Shown piece by piece: positions 10,007 through 19,489 of a stretch of 64,000 nt of DNA. This DNA comes from a bacterium (GTDB lineage Bacteria; Cyanobacteriota; Vampirovibrionia; Gastranaerophilales; Gastranaerophilaceae): assembly GCA_024408765.1 (NCBI GenBank), contig JAKSUR010000001.1, positions 15,612-79,611 of the forward strand, read 5' to 3'. The notes below the pieces were generated by a model. It saw only the letters and a program-made list of their open reading frames with translations. It searched no databases and was not told where the DNA came from. Position 1 is the stretch's first letter; every line of letters starts with the position of its first letter. The position numbers were made by a program, and so were the translations under genes.

Positions 10007-10238
10007 TTCATTCCTCCTGGGGTAAATATATTTGGTTGGAATATCCACCACAACACTTACGCCCTTTTTTTGTAATACAATTCCGAGCAAGGCATACCAC
10101 AGCACTATACTTCGGCAAAGAAAGTTTAACACGGATATAAAATATCGTCAAGGAATAATAATAAAAAGTTACATCATTGTAAATTTTTATTTATATTTTG
10201 TAAATGTTCATGATAAAATTACCCTGAGAGGATTAGCA

Positions 10239-12650
10239 ATGAAAATAGTAGAAGCAAGAGACGGGTTTATAAAAATAGAAACGGAGCAATCTGTAAAAAT
10301 TTCTTCATTTGTAGAAGTTAAGGGTATTGAAAAACGCTATATAGCACAAGTTGTTAAAGTCAAAAATAACAGCATTGCAAATACGATTTATGCAAAGCTT
10401 CTGTTTGTATATGACGGTTCATTAAACAAATATGACAAAACCCTTCCAAGTACAGCATCAGAGGTTGTGCCGTTTGATTTCAGCATAATAAACAATTCCT
10501 TCAACATTACCTCTCCGATTGTCGCCGGTAAATTTATTCAAGACGGAAGTGATGTCATTATAGATAAAGATGAATTTCTTAAATCAACACTTATAAGTGT
10601 TGATACTCCGGAAGTAAATAACATAATAGTTTCAAACTTGGCGAAACAATTAAAACAATTAGGCAAAGTTCTTGTAATAGATATGCTTGGTATTATAAAC
10701 GGCGATAAATTTGTTGCGGGACGAGATTTTAAGCTTCCTTTAAATAAAGCATCTTTGGAGTTTTTATACGAAGATTGCCTAAAAGATGCAACATCAGACA
10801 GCAAAGAAATGATAAAGGATATTTTTAAAGATTTATCTAACTATTCTGATGAAGTAGAATTTTTGCCATTCAATGTTTTAAAGACCATTGTTGATGATAT
10901 GGTAGAAAAATCACATATTTTCAAACTTTTGGTACTTAAGAACAAGTTGGCTGTGTACGAAAGATTGGGTTATTTTGCTTCTGATAAAAAAGAAGCCGAC
11001 AATATTTCAAATATATTGAAAAATGATTATGTTGTAATTGATTTATCAAAAGTTGATCCTATATTTCAAAACAGGTATTTAAGCGTTATTTATGCAGAAC
11101 TTGGTAAATTGAATTTAAAAACAAATGTTTTTGTTGAAGCTTCTAATGCAATTAACAAAAAAAATATAAAAGAGATTTTATATTCGGAAAATGATACTAA
11201 ATCAATTTTTATTACACATTCTAAGTTTAAATATTTAAGCGAGCTAAAAAAATTATTCAAAAATTATATTATAGAAAGCACTTTTGCAAATAAAGAACTG
11301 TTTAAAGTTTATACATTCTTCCTTAGTGTAATGGATTCAAAAAGCTATTTGATAGTCGGAGAAAATAGTAACTACATTCCGTTAATATCAAAAGTTGAAA
11401 AATATGATGTAGAGGTAAACTCAAATGTTACGGATTTGTCTGCAAAAGAAGTTATTAACTCGGATTATGACAATGAAATAACCGATGGGAGTGAAGAAGA
11501 ATTTTGTAACGACACTTCTCTAACGGTTGTTCCGATTGAATCGGTCGAAGAAGAATCTGAAGAAGTTCAAATTATTGATGAATCTGATGAAAACGATTTG
11601 TTAACAGATGATGAAAAAAATATTCCTTTAGAATCAGAAAATGATGAAAGTGATGAAAGTGATAATGAATATCATACAAAAGTTGACAAAACTATGGATT
11701 CGGATAATGAAGGAAGCATGGGTATAATTGAAATTACTGATAATAATACAGTTGACATATCCGTTAGTAATGATGAAATTATAATTTCAAACGATAATAT
11801 TGAAGAAGAATTTACAAATATTGAAGGAAATATTACAGAGGAAGTTTTACAAACAGAAACTGTTGAACAAACAGAAGAAATTTTAATACCTTCAAATCTA
11901 GAAGAAGATTATACGGAAACAAATGAATTGAATATTTATGAGGAAGAATCCGCTGTTGAAAATATAATTGAACAGGAACAATCCGAAATGCCGGAAGTAA
12001 TGTCTCTTGAAGCAGATGATTCAGATGAAATAGTAGAACTTGACGTTTCTGATTTGGGTGATGACGACATTATTATAGATATTTCAGATGAAGATTCGGA
12101 AATACCTGAACAAATAAGTCGAAGAGAATTATCCCCTGAAGAATTAGATAAAGAAATTACAGAAGACGTTGATAAAGTTTTTACAACTATAAAAGATGAT
12201 AGCATTTCTGATTCCGACTTAGATTTTATAGATGAATTGAATGATAGTGATTCTTTGTTGGAAAACGGTGAAGATGAAAATACAATGTTTAATTCTGATG
12301 ACATGGAAATGCTTGATGAACTTACATCAGATGACGATAATGATAGCTTTTTAGAACCGTTAGAAGAAGTATCCGATGCTAAAAATACGGAAGATGATGA
12401 ACATGAAGTTTTGCAAAAACGTGATACTTCAACTCCAATTGTTCCTGTGTATGATGCAGAGATTCCCGATGAGGACAAAATCGTGTCAGACCATGTCGAG
12501 CAGGGTGATAATGTGGTTCATGCGAAATATGGCACAGGTGTTGTTGAAAAAGTAATTAAATACGGAAACAAAACCTTACATTCAATAAACTTTGATAATG
12601 TCGGCAGACGTTTGCTTGATTTAGAAATAACAGAAGTTAAAAAAGCATAA
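10239..12650 (+). CDS. Large hyper-acidic protein: about 400-aa globular N-terminal region, about 340-aa D/E-rich low-complexity region, and a C-terminal PcrA/UvrD-type Tudor-like module
   Basis: The ATG at 10239 has a GAGAGGA SD; the track start at 10032 overlaps rpmI. The D/E-rich stretch runs roughly 11458-12490. The C-terminus GDNVVHAKYGTGVVEKVIKYGNKTLHSINFDNVGRR aligns to the PcrA tail in this window. Confidence 0.75.
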   Translation: MKIVEARDGFIKIETEQSVKISSFVEVKGIEKRYIAQVVKVKNNSIANTIYAKLLFVYDGSLNKYDKTLPSTASEVVPFDFSIINNSFNITSPIVAGKFIQDGSDVIIDKDEFLKSTLISVDTPEVNNIIVSNLAKQLKQLGKVLVIDMLGIINGDKFVAGRDFKLPLNKASLEFLYEDCLKDATSDSKEMIKDIFKDLSNYSDEVEFLPFNVLKTIVDDMVEKSHIFKLLVLKNKLAVYERLGYFASDKKEADNISNILKNDYVVIDLSKVDPIFQNRYLSVIYAELGKLNLKTNVFVEASNAINKKNIKEILYSENDTKSIFITHSKFKYLSELKKLFKNYIIESTFANKELFKVYTFFLSVMDSKSYLIVGENSNYIPLISKVEKYDVEVNSNVTDLSAKEVINSDYDNEITDGSEEEFCNDTSLTVVPIESVEEESEEVQIIDESDENDLLTDDEKNIPLESENDESDESDNEYHTKVDKTMDSDNEGSMGIIEITDNNTVDISVSNDEIIISNDNIEEEFTNIEGNITEEVLQTETVEQTEEILIPSNLEEDYTETNELNIYEEESAVENIIEQEQSEMPEVMSLEADDSDEIVELDVSDLGDDDIIIDISDEDSEIPEQISRRELSPEELDKEITEDVDKVFTTIKDDSISDSDLDFIDELNDSDSLLENGEDENTMFNSDDMEMLDELTSDDDNDSFLEPLEEVSDAKNTEDDEHEVLQKRDTSTPIVPVYDAEIPDEDKIVSDHVEQGDNVVHAKYGTGVVEKVIKYGNKTLHSINFDNVGRRLLDLEITEVKKA

Positions 12651-12672
12651 TATTTTGTTGTTTAAAACAGAC

Positions 12673-13377
12673 TTAACAACCCCATCTTCTGTTGCGTTTA
12701 GCAAATTCAAGAATACATTTTTCAAGAGTTTCCTTGTTAAATTCAGGCCAAAATTCCGGAATGACAATAAATTCAGAGTAAGCAATCTGCCAAAGAAGAT
12801 AATTTGAAATCCGCATTTCTCCACCGGTTCTAATAAGCAAATCCGGATCAGGAATAAATCTTGTATAAAGATGTTTTGAAATTGTTTCTTCGGTAATATT
12901 TTTTTCACCTGATTTAACAATCTCTTGAACAGCTTTTACTATTTCTGCACGAGAGCCGTAATTAAAAGCGATTTGCAAATTTACGCCTGTATTATTTTTC
13001 GTTGTTTCGACTGCATTGGCAAGAATTTTTTGCAATTTATCACTAAGTTTTGAAATATCACCGATAAATGATATTACTACATTATTTGAGTGCATTTCGT
13101 TTAATTCATTGTTAAGCGTATCTCCAAGCAAATCCATTAAAAAATTTACTTCTTCAGGTTTTCTGTTCCAATTTTCTGTCGAAAAAGCGTAAACAGTAAG
13201 ATATTTTATCCCAAAATCATCACAGGCACGCATTGTTTTTTTGAGTGCATCAACTCCTTTTTTGTGACCTACTGCTGACGGCAAACCTCTTTTTTTAGCC
13301 CAGCGCCTGTTACCGTCCATTATTATTGCTATATGCTTTATATCACAATCTTTTACTATCTTTTTTATATCTTCCAT
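12673..13377 (-). CDS. uppS: Ditrans,polycis-undecaprenyl-diphosphate synthase
   Basis: HIAIIMDGNRRWAKKRGL, YLTVYAFSTENWNRP-like and RTGGEMRISNYLLWQIAYSE motifs. Confidence 0.95.
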   Translation of the reverse strand: MEDIKKIVKDCDIKHIAIIMDGNRRWAKKRGLPSAVGHKKGVDALKKTMRACDDFGIKYLTVYAFSTENWNRKPEEVNFLMDLLGDTLNNELNEMHSNNVVISFIGDISKLSDKLQKILANAVETTKNNTGVNLQIAFNYGSRAEIVKAVQEIVKSGEKNITEETISKHLYTRFIPDPDLLIRTGGEMRISNYLLWQIAYSEFIVIPEFWPEFNKETLEKCILEFAKRNRRWGC

Positions 13378-13385
13378 AATTTACC

Positions 13386-13982
13386 TTAATAATTTTCCAA
13401 CATCTTAAATATTTTAAAAATCGGGTTTTTTAATTTTTCAATGGTTTCATTTTCATCTAATTCAAGGGTTATAATCGGGATATCCTTTTCTATTCCTGCC
13501 CAAGTCCCAAAACTTCCCGGAGTCGGATAACCTATATTTTCTTCGACAGGATAGTTTATTATTTCAGAAATTTTTTCTGCAAGCTTTTTCCCGTCACCGC
13601 TTGCTCCACCGTCATAATTAACAACCTTGTATGGAGAATGAAGTGATAAAATTGCTTTTGGCTTATACTTATCAATCAATGAAATAACAAATTTTGTTTC
13701 TTCTTCAGATGACGGTAATTTCCCGCCATAATAATCACCAAGTTCACCTGATGTCCAATTTTTAGTCGGAAAATTTCTGTTTAAATCCACTCCATTCTTA
13801 TTTGTACGTTTGTTATTTTCAAAACCGTACTTGTTTAAACAAGGCAACATCAACAAAGAAGTTTTATTGTTATTTTCAAAATACATTCTTATTAAATAAT
13901 TTCCTTGCGGTTCATCTCCGTGAAAAACTCCAATTACAATTACCGAAGGATTTAATTTGTTTCCTAAAAGTTCAATTTCCAT
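13386..13982 (-). CDS. M14-family zinc carboxypeptidase-like protein (murein peptide amidase MpaA / succinylglutamate desuccinylase-aspartoacylase-like)
   Basis: 198 aa with GVFHGDEPQG (HxxE zinc site), DLNRNFP and SLHSP motifs. Confidence 0.7.
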   Translation of the reverse strand: MEIELLGNKLNPSVIVIGVFHGDEPQGNYLIRMYFENNNKTSLLMLPCLNKYGFENNKRTNKNGVDLNRNFPTKNWTSGELGDYYGGKLPSSEEETKFVISLIDKYKPKAILSLHSPYKVVNYDGGASGDGKKLAEKISEIINYPVEENIGYPTPGSFGTWAGIEKDIPIITLELDENETIEKLKNPIFKIFKMLENY

Positions 13983-13990
13983 AAAATTCC

Positions 13991-15211
13991 TTACGGTTTA
14001 ATAATTGCAACAACATAATCATCTGTAAAATATTTATTCGCACATTTGATTAAATCATCAGAAGTAACTTTTTTAATCCTATCAATAATTTCATCCTGAT
14101 AAGAATAAGGAAAACCTGAAATTGAATAATAAGCCATCAAATTAGCTTGTTGAGAATTTGTTTCGGTTATAAACTGCTGTTTCCCTATCAAATTATTTTT
14201 TGCATTAAACAATTCTACATCAGAAACGGGGATTGTTTTAATTTTTGTAATTTCTTCATTAAAACCGTCAATTGAAGTTTTGATATTAGACGGTTCTGTT
14301 CCTATATAAATGCTAAATATTGCAGATTTTGCATGCGCTTCATAAGATGTTCTTACAGTATAAGCCAATCCTTTTTTCTCTCTGAGTTCTAAGAATAATC
14401 TTGAAGATAGACCGCTTGCACCCAAAATTATATTTAACAGCATTAATGAGGGATAATCTTTATCATTAATAGAACAAACATGCCAGCCTTGAATAATCTG
14501 GGCTTGTTCAGCATCTTCTTTTATTAGTTCTACACGTTCTTGGTTTATTTTTTGCGGAGCAGTTATTTCTGATTCGGCATTTACCGGTGCCGGTATATCA
14601 TAAAAATATTTATTTAAGATATTCTCAGCATTATTAGAATCAATATCTCCAACAACCGTAAGAGTTTTTGCCGAATGATTTAATATTTCAAAATAAGAGT
14701 TTTTAATATCTTCAAACTTTACACTGTCGATTTTCTCAAGAATTGTAGTATAACTGCTTCCGTAAAAATGATTTTTATAAACGGTTTTTGTAAATAAATC
14801 AGACACTTTTACTTTTGCCGAATCTAATTCTGCAAGAAGTTCGCCCTTCAGTTTTATTCTTTCCTTTTCAAATTCTTCAAAGGTTGAATTTTTTATAATG
14901 TCTGTTAATACTGACAATGCTAGTTCAAAATCTTCATTAAGTGCTACAAAACGAAATCTTAAATAATCATATTTCATTTCTGTATAAAGCTCAATTGCGT
15001 TTTCATCCAATATAACAGAAAGTTCTTCTGATGAATATTTTTTAGTTCCCTTAAGAAGTAATCTTGTCATTAAGAGATATTCGCCTGAAATTTTTTCAGG
15101 TTTATTTATTGAAAAGTTCAATGAAAAAGCAATTCTTGGTGTATTTTTATTTGTTTTTACACAAACATTAATTCCGTTTTTAAGTTTAAATTCTCTCATA
15201 ATGATACCCAT
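13991..15211 (-). CDS. M16 (pitrilysin/insulinase) family protein, probably a non-catalytic subunit
   Basis: 406 aa with M16 N- and C-domain architecture. There is no HxxEH zinc motif in the N-terminal region. The start could instead be the ATG at 15199. Confidence 0.75.
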   Translation of the reverse strand: MGIIMREFKLKNGINVCVKTNKNTPRIAFSLNFSINKPEKISGEYLLMTRLLLKGTKKYSSEELSVILDENAIELYTEMKYDYLRFRFVALNEDFELALSVLTDIIKNSTFEEFEKERIKLKGELLAELDSAKVKVSDLFTKTVYKNHFYGSSYTTILEKIDSVKFEDIKNSYFEILNHSAKTLTVVGDIDSNNAENILNKYFYDIPAPVNAESEITAPQKINQERVELIKEDAEQAQIIQGWHVCSINDKDYPSLMLLNIILGASGLSSRLFLELREKKGLAYTVRTSYEAHAKSAIFSIYIGTEPSNIKTSIDGFNEEITKIKTIPVSDVELFNAKNNLIGKQQFITETNSQQANLMAYYSISGFPYSYQDEIIDRIKKVTSDDLIKCANKYFTDDYVVAIIKP

Positions 15212-15238
15212 TAAAGCACAAATACAACATTAAAACAA

Positions 15239-15673
15239 TTAATTTTGGATAAGCTTTACCAAACCTTCTAATGCAAGAATATAGCTGTTTTCTCCGAATC
15301 CGGCTATAACTCCTTTACAAACACCTGAAAGCAGAGATGTATGCCTAAAATCTTCTCTTGCGTGAATATTTGTCATGTGAACTTCAATGGTCGGTATTTT
15401 AACTGCTGCAATCGCATCTCTTATAACCACGCTTGTATGAGTATAACCGCCTGCGTTTATAAGTATTCCGTCATAAACATTCAGTGCTTTTTGAATCTTT
15501 TCAACTATTTCGCCTTCAATATTGCTCTGATAAACATCTGTTTCGACTCCAAGCTCTTTGCCTTTTGCAATTACAGCTTCTTCAATCTCCTTAAGAGTTT
15601 TTCCGCCGTATTTTTCAGGTTCTCTTATTCCGAGCATGTTCAAATTTGCGCCATTAATTAACAGTATTTTCAT
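15239..15673 (-). CDS. aroQ: Type II 3-dehydroquinate dehydratase
   Basis: MKILLINGANLNMLGIREPEKYG..., INAGGYTHTSVVIRDA and EVHMTNIHARE motifs. The ATG at 15673 is preferred over 15685. Confidence 0.93.
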   Translation of the reverse strand: MKILLINGANLNMLGIREPEKYGGKTLKEIEEAVIAKGKELGVETDVYQSNIEGEIVEKIQKALNVYDGILINAGGYTHTSVVIRDAIAAVKIPTIEVHMTNIHAREDFRHTSLLSGVCKGVIAGFGENSYILALEGLVKLIQN

Positions 15674-15762
15674 ATTTTCACCCATATATTGCTACTATAC
15701 ATTTATACCCATTTATTATACAATTATTATCGTAAATTACAAAATGTGAAGAGGAAGTATTT

Positions 15763-16086
15763 ATGGATAATAAGCGTTGGTATGACAGTGATCCCATATT
15801 AAAGGAAGCACTTGAACTTCTCAGGTTGCAACCTGATGAAACTCAGAAAGAAGCTGCCGAATTTATGTTAAAACTGCAAGAACAGGTGGCTGCGGAAGTA
15901 ATTGAGCACGTTTATGACATAATCAATACTTATCAAGGTAAAGGCAACCGTTGGTATGATAATGATCCAATGATGTTAAAAGGGGTTGAATTATTGAGGA
16001 ATGCTCCTGCTACTGTTCAAAGAGTTGCGGCATTAAAACTTTTGCTTGCATTAGAAAGAAAAAGTTTTGAAGGAATTGAAGTGTAA
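15763..16086 (+). CDS. Hypothetical 107-aa protein with an internal duplication (RWYDxDPxLxxxxELLR twice)
   Basis: The repeats are KRWYDSDPILKEALELLRLQP and NRWYDNDPMMLKGVELLRNAP. Its stop TAA is immediately followed by the folE2 ATG at 16087. Confidence 0.6.
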   Translation: MDNKRWYDSDPILKEALELLRLQPDETQKEAAEFMLKLQEQVAAEVIEHVYDIINTYQGKGNRWYDNDPMMLKGVELLRNAPATVQRVAALKLLLALERKSFEGIEV

Positions 16087-16878
16087 ATGAAAGATGTTCA
16101 AAATCAGTCTGATGATAGAGGAATAGAAATCCAAAAAGTCGGAATTAAGGGTTTGGAAATCCCTCTCACTATTCAAAGAAAAGATGATAATGACAAGGTT
16201 ATTTATGCAACTGCAACGGCAGGTGTTACTTTGCCTGCTCATTACAAAGGTACTCACATGTCAAGATTCGTCGAGGTTTTGAATGAATACAGGTCAAGAA
16301 AAACACTGGGTGTTGACATAAAGGGTTGTGTTGAGGCTATTGTCAAAAAATTAGATGCAAAATGCGGGTGTTTAAAATTTGATTTCAAGTATTTTATAGA
16401 AAAAACTTCTCCGATAACAAAGGTTTCAGCACCAATGTGCTACGATTGTACATTTGAAGGTGTTTTGGATAATTATATGGAAGAAGATGAAGAATACAAG
16501 TTTTATTTGGGAATAAAAGTTCCTGTGACAACGCTTTGCCCTTGTTCAAAAGAAATATCGAATTATGGTGCTCATAATCAAAGGGCAATTGTATCTGTAA
16601 AAATTACATACCCTGAGGATGAGCATATATGGATTGAAGACTTGGTTTCAGATATTGAAAAATGTGCGTCATCGGAATTATATCCGCTTTTAAAGAGAGA
16701 AGATGAAAAATTTGTAACAGAGCATGCTTACGATAATCCTAAATTTGTTGAAGATGTTTTAAGAGATGTTGTTTTAACTTTAAGACAAAACGATATTATT
16801 GATTCATTTGAGGTTGAGTGTGAATCAATAGAAAGCATACATAATCATTCCGCATGGGCTTATCAGCAAGAAGGTTAA
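16087..16878 (+). CDS. folE2: GTP cyclohydrolase I type 2 (FolE2/MptA family)
   Basis: 263 aa with DVQNQSDDRGIEIQKVGIKGLEIPL, TTLCPCSKEIS and GAHNQR motifs characteristic of FolE2. Confidence 0.9.
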   Translation: MKDVQNQSDDRGIEIQKVGIKGLEIPLTIQRKDDNDKVIYATATAGVTLPAHYKGTHMSRFVEVLNEYRSRKTLGVDIKGCVEAIVKKLDAKCGCLKFDFKYFIEKTSPITKVSAPMCYDCTFEGVLDNYMEEDEEYKFYLGIKVPVTTLCPCSKEISNYGAHNQRAIVSVKITYPEDEHIWIEDLVSDIEKCASSELYPLLKREDEKFVTEHAYDNPKFVEDVLRDVVLTLRQNDIIDSFEVECESIESIHNHSAWAYQQEG

Positions 16879-17570
16879 TATTTTTCAATAATTGTATTTA
16901 TGCCTTCTTTTGCTATTTTAAACAATTCCAACATTCTTTCATATTCGTAAGGTTCACCTTCTGATGTTGTTTGAAAATCAACAATCTTACCGCTTTTGGT
17001 TAGTATTACGTTAGAATCCACCTGTGCATTTGAATCTTCTTCATAGCATAAATCCAGTAATATTTCACCGTTAACAATACCGATTGATATTGCTGCAATT
17101 GGTTCAATAATTGGAGATTCATTTAGTTTTCCGTCTTTTATTAACTTATCAAATGCATCTTTTAAGGCAAGATAACCTCCGCAAATGCTTGCGGTTCTTG
17201 TTCCTCCGTCAGCTTGAATTACATCTGCATCAACAGTTATAGTCATTCCCGACATTTTTTTTAAGTCAACGCATGCTCTTAGGCTGCGTCCGATTAATCT
17301 TTGAATTTCGTGTGTTCTTCCTGAAACCTTATCGCGTTCACGTTTACAACGAGTATTTGTTGCAGACGGAAGCAGTGAATACTCAGCTGTTATCCAACCT
17401 CTTTCATCACTATCTTCCATCCATTTCGGTTTCTTTAAATCAACCGATGCTGTCACTATAACTTTTGTATCGCCAAATTCTACAAGCACAGAACCTAATG
17501 CGTGTTTTGTGAAATTGTGTGTAAATTTTATATCTCTAAGTTCATTTGCGCTTCTTCCGTCATATCTCAT
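16875..17570 (-). CDS. rph: Ribonuclease PH
   Basis: MRYDGRSANELRDIKFT..., GRTHEIQRLIGRSLR and DADVIQADGGTRTASI motifs. The ATG at 17570 has a GGAGG SD. The 3' end overlaps the folE2 stop by 4 nt (convergent). Confidence 0.93.
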   Translation of the reverse strand: MRYDGRSANELRDIKFTHNFTKHALGSVLVEFGDTKVIVTASVDLKKPKWMEDSDERGWITAEYSLLPSATNTRCKRERDKVSGRTHEIQRLIGRSLRACVDLKKMSGMTITVDADVIQADGGTRTASICGGYLALKDAFDKLIKDGKLNESPIIEPIAAISIGIVNGEILLDLCYEEDSNAQVDSNVILTKSGKIVDFQTTSEGEPYEYERMLELFKIAKEGINTIIEKY

Positions 17571-17689
17571 AAAAACCTCCGTTCGTAACTTTATATTAAC
17601 ATAGAATATTAAAAAAAAATAAATATTCACAAGTTATCTTATTTGAAAACATATAATTATAATATATAATCATAAGTGAGGAGGAAATA

Positions 17690-18289
17690 ATGGAAAATCC
17701 GTTCAAAGATGTAAAATTTGGTGAAAATAAAGAAGAAATTTCTGATACTGAATCAGAAATAAATGATAAAGTTTCTTTGGAAGAATCAACAGAAACAGAA
17801 AATGAAAAAGAAGTGATTGAAGAAACACAAAATGAAGATGCCAAAAATGAGTGGCAAGACAAATACGAAAAACTTAATGACCAATACATAAGACTGGCCG
17901 CTGATTTTGATAATTTCAGAAAAAGACAGGCGCAAGAAAGAGAAAGCTTGCTAAAGTATGGTGCTGAAACTACGGTTATGAAGCTTTTAGAAGTTATTGA
18001 TAACTTTGAAAGAGGATTGAAAGCAATAGAAACAGTTGAAGATTGCGAAAAAGTCAAAGAATGTTACAATCTGGCATATAAGAATTTTAATGATGTTTTG
18101 AGTAAAATAGGTGTTGAAGTTATAAAGGCTGAAGGTGAAGAATTTGACCCGAATTTACATGAGGCCGTTATGAGAACTCCAACGGAAGAAAAACCTGAAA
18201 ATACAATTATTTCCGAGCTTCAAAAGGGTTATAAACTTGGTGACAAAGTTTTAAGACCAACTTTGGTTAATGTTGCTTCGGCTGATTAG
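17690..18289 (+). CDS. grpE: Nucleotide exchange factor GrpE
   Basis: Acidic N-terminus, then YIRLAADFDNFRKR and the C-terminal KGYKLGDKVLRPTLV. AGGAGG SD. Confidence 0.93.
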   Translation: MENPFKDVKFGENKEEISDTESEINDKVSLEESTETENEKEVIEETQNEDAKNEWQDKYEKLNDQYIRLAADFDNFRKRQAQERESLLKYGAETTVMKLLEVIDNFERGLKAIETVEDCEKVKECYNLAYKNFNDVLSKIGVEVIKAEGEEFDPNLHEAVMRTPTEEKPENTIISELQKGYKLGDKVLRPTLVNVASAD

Positions 18290-18321
18290 AAATTTATAAG
18301 AAAATAGCATGGAAGATAAAA

Positions 18322-19440
18322 ATGGCAGATTATTATGAAATATTGGGCGTTGACAGAAACGCAAGTAAGGATGAGATTAAAAGTGCATTTAGGAAAATGG
18401 CACGGAAATGGCATCCTGATATAAACAAAGCTCCCGAAGCCGAAGCTAAATTTAAAGAGCTTGGAAAAGCTTATGAAACATTAATGGATGATGAAAAGCG
18501 TTCAACATACGACAGATTTGGTGAGGACGGGCTTCAAAATGCCGGATTTAATACATCAGGCCCATTTGCGAACGGTTTTGGAGATTTGGAAGAAGTATTT
18601 AATTCTTTCTTTGGCGGCGGTTTTGGGTTTGGCGGTTCATCAAGACGTGATCCTAATGCACCTCAACGAGGAGATGATTTAAGACTGGATATAGAAATTG
18701 ATTTTGAAGATGCTGTAAAAGGTATGACAAGAGAAATCAAAATTGATCACTTGGAGTTGTGTTCTACTTGCGGAGGCTCAGGTGCTAAAAATGGTACAAA
18801 GCCTAAAACTTGCGATGCTTGTGGAGGAAGAGGAAGTATACAGCAAACAACAAGGACTGTTTTAGGGCAATTTACGCAAATTGTTACATGTCCGCATTGC
18901 CATGGTAAAGGTACGGTAATTTCTGATCCTTGTCCGGATTGCAAAGGTCAAGGAAGAAAAGATGTTGAAAAGAAGTTGGAATTAAAAATTCCTGCCGGAG
19001 TTGATAACGGTTCAAAAATGCGTCTTTCTCATGAAGGTGATGCCGGTATTAATGGAGGTGTAGCAGGAGATTTATATATTGTTATCCATGTTAAACCGTC
19101 CGTATATTACAAACGTGACGGCATAAATGTTTATACGAAATTAGATATAACTCCGGCACAAGCTGTTTTAGGAGATACTGTAACTATTGAAACACTTGAC
19201 GGAAATCGTGAAATCTCAATACCTGCCGGAATTCAAAACGGAGAAGCCGTAAAAATAAAAGGCGCAGGCATTCCCAGCTTATCAAAGTCTTCCGTGAGAG
19301 GGGAACATATTGTTATTGTAACAATTAAAACACCAACTCATATTTCAGGTGAAGAAAAGGCTCTTTATCAAAAATTATATGAAATTCAAACAAAGAAAAA
19401 CAATTTCGTTAAAGAAAAAATAAAAGGTGTTTTTAAATAA
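18322..19440 (+). CDS. dnaJ: Molecular chaperone DnaJ (type I)
   Basis: J domain with HPD (WHPDINK), a G/F region, and four CxxCxGxG zinc-finger repeats. Confidence 0.96.
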   Translation: MADYYEILGVDRNASKDEIKSAFRKMARKWHPDINKAPEAEAKFKELGKAYETLMDDEKRSTYDRFGEDGLQNAGFNTSGPFANGFGDLEEVFNSFFGGGFGFGGSSRRDPNAPQRGDDLRLDIEIDFEDAVKGMTREIKIDHLELCSTCGGSGAKNGTKPKTCDACGGRGSIQQTTRTVLGQFTQIVTCPHCHGKGTVISDPCPDCKGQGRKDVEKKLELKIPAGVDNGSKMRLSHEGDAGINGGVAGDLYIVIHVKPSVYYKRDGINVYTKLDITPAQAVLGDTVTIETLDGNREISIPAGIQNGEAVKIKGAGIPSLSKSSVRGEHIVIVTIKTPTHISGEEKALYQKLYEIQTKKNNFVKEKIKGVFK

Positions 19441-19489
19441 TACTATCTTGTGATAAAATCATTACAGTAAATAAGTTTGGAGATATATA

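Noticed and set aside
10032-10238. An N-terminal 69-aa extension of the 872-aa track ORF
   Set aside because: It would overlap the rpmI promoter and leader and part of the rpmI ORF region. It has no SD and a non-protein-like sequence. The ATG at 10239 has a GAGAGGA SD and begins a plausible domain.
10007-10238. An L20-binding leader or attenuator upstream of rpmI-rplT
   Set aside because: The spacer has a GC-richer patch (CCACCACAACACTTACGCCC), but I could not fold a convincing L20-leader-like structure or terminator by hand. An Rfam scan (L20 leader model) is needed.
11936-12478. A 180-aa Ser-rich ORF on the minus strand
   Set aside because: It lies entirely antisense to the D/E-rich coding region. 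GAA/GAT/GAG-rich sense codons give a stop-free Ser/Ile/Phe-rich frame on the other strand, and there is no start or SD context. This is a mirror artefact of low-complexity coding.
17596-18057. A 153-aa minus-strand ORF over grpE. Similar antisense or alternate-frame ORFs occur at 1885-2211, 12621-12920, 60582-60848 and elsewhere.
   Set aside because: Each is nested inside a confidently identified gene. The translations are low-complexity with no motifs and no ribosome-binding sites.
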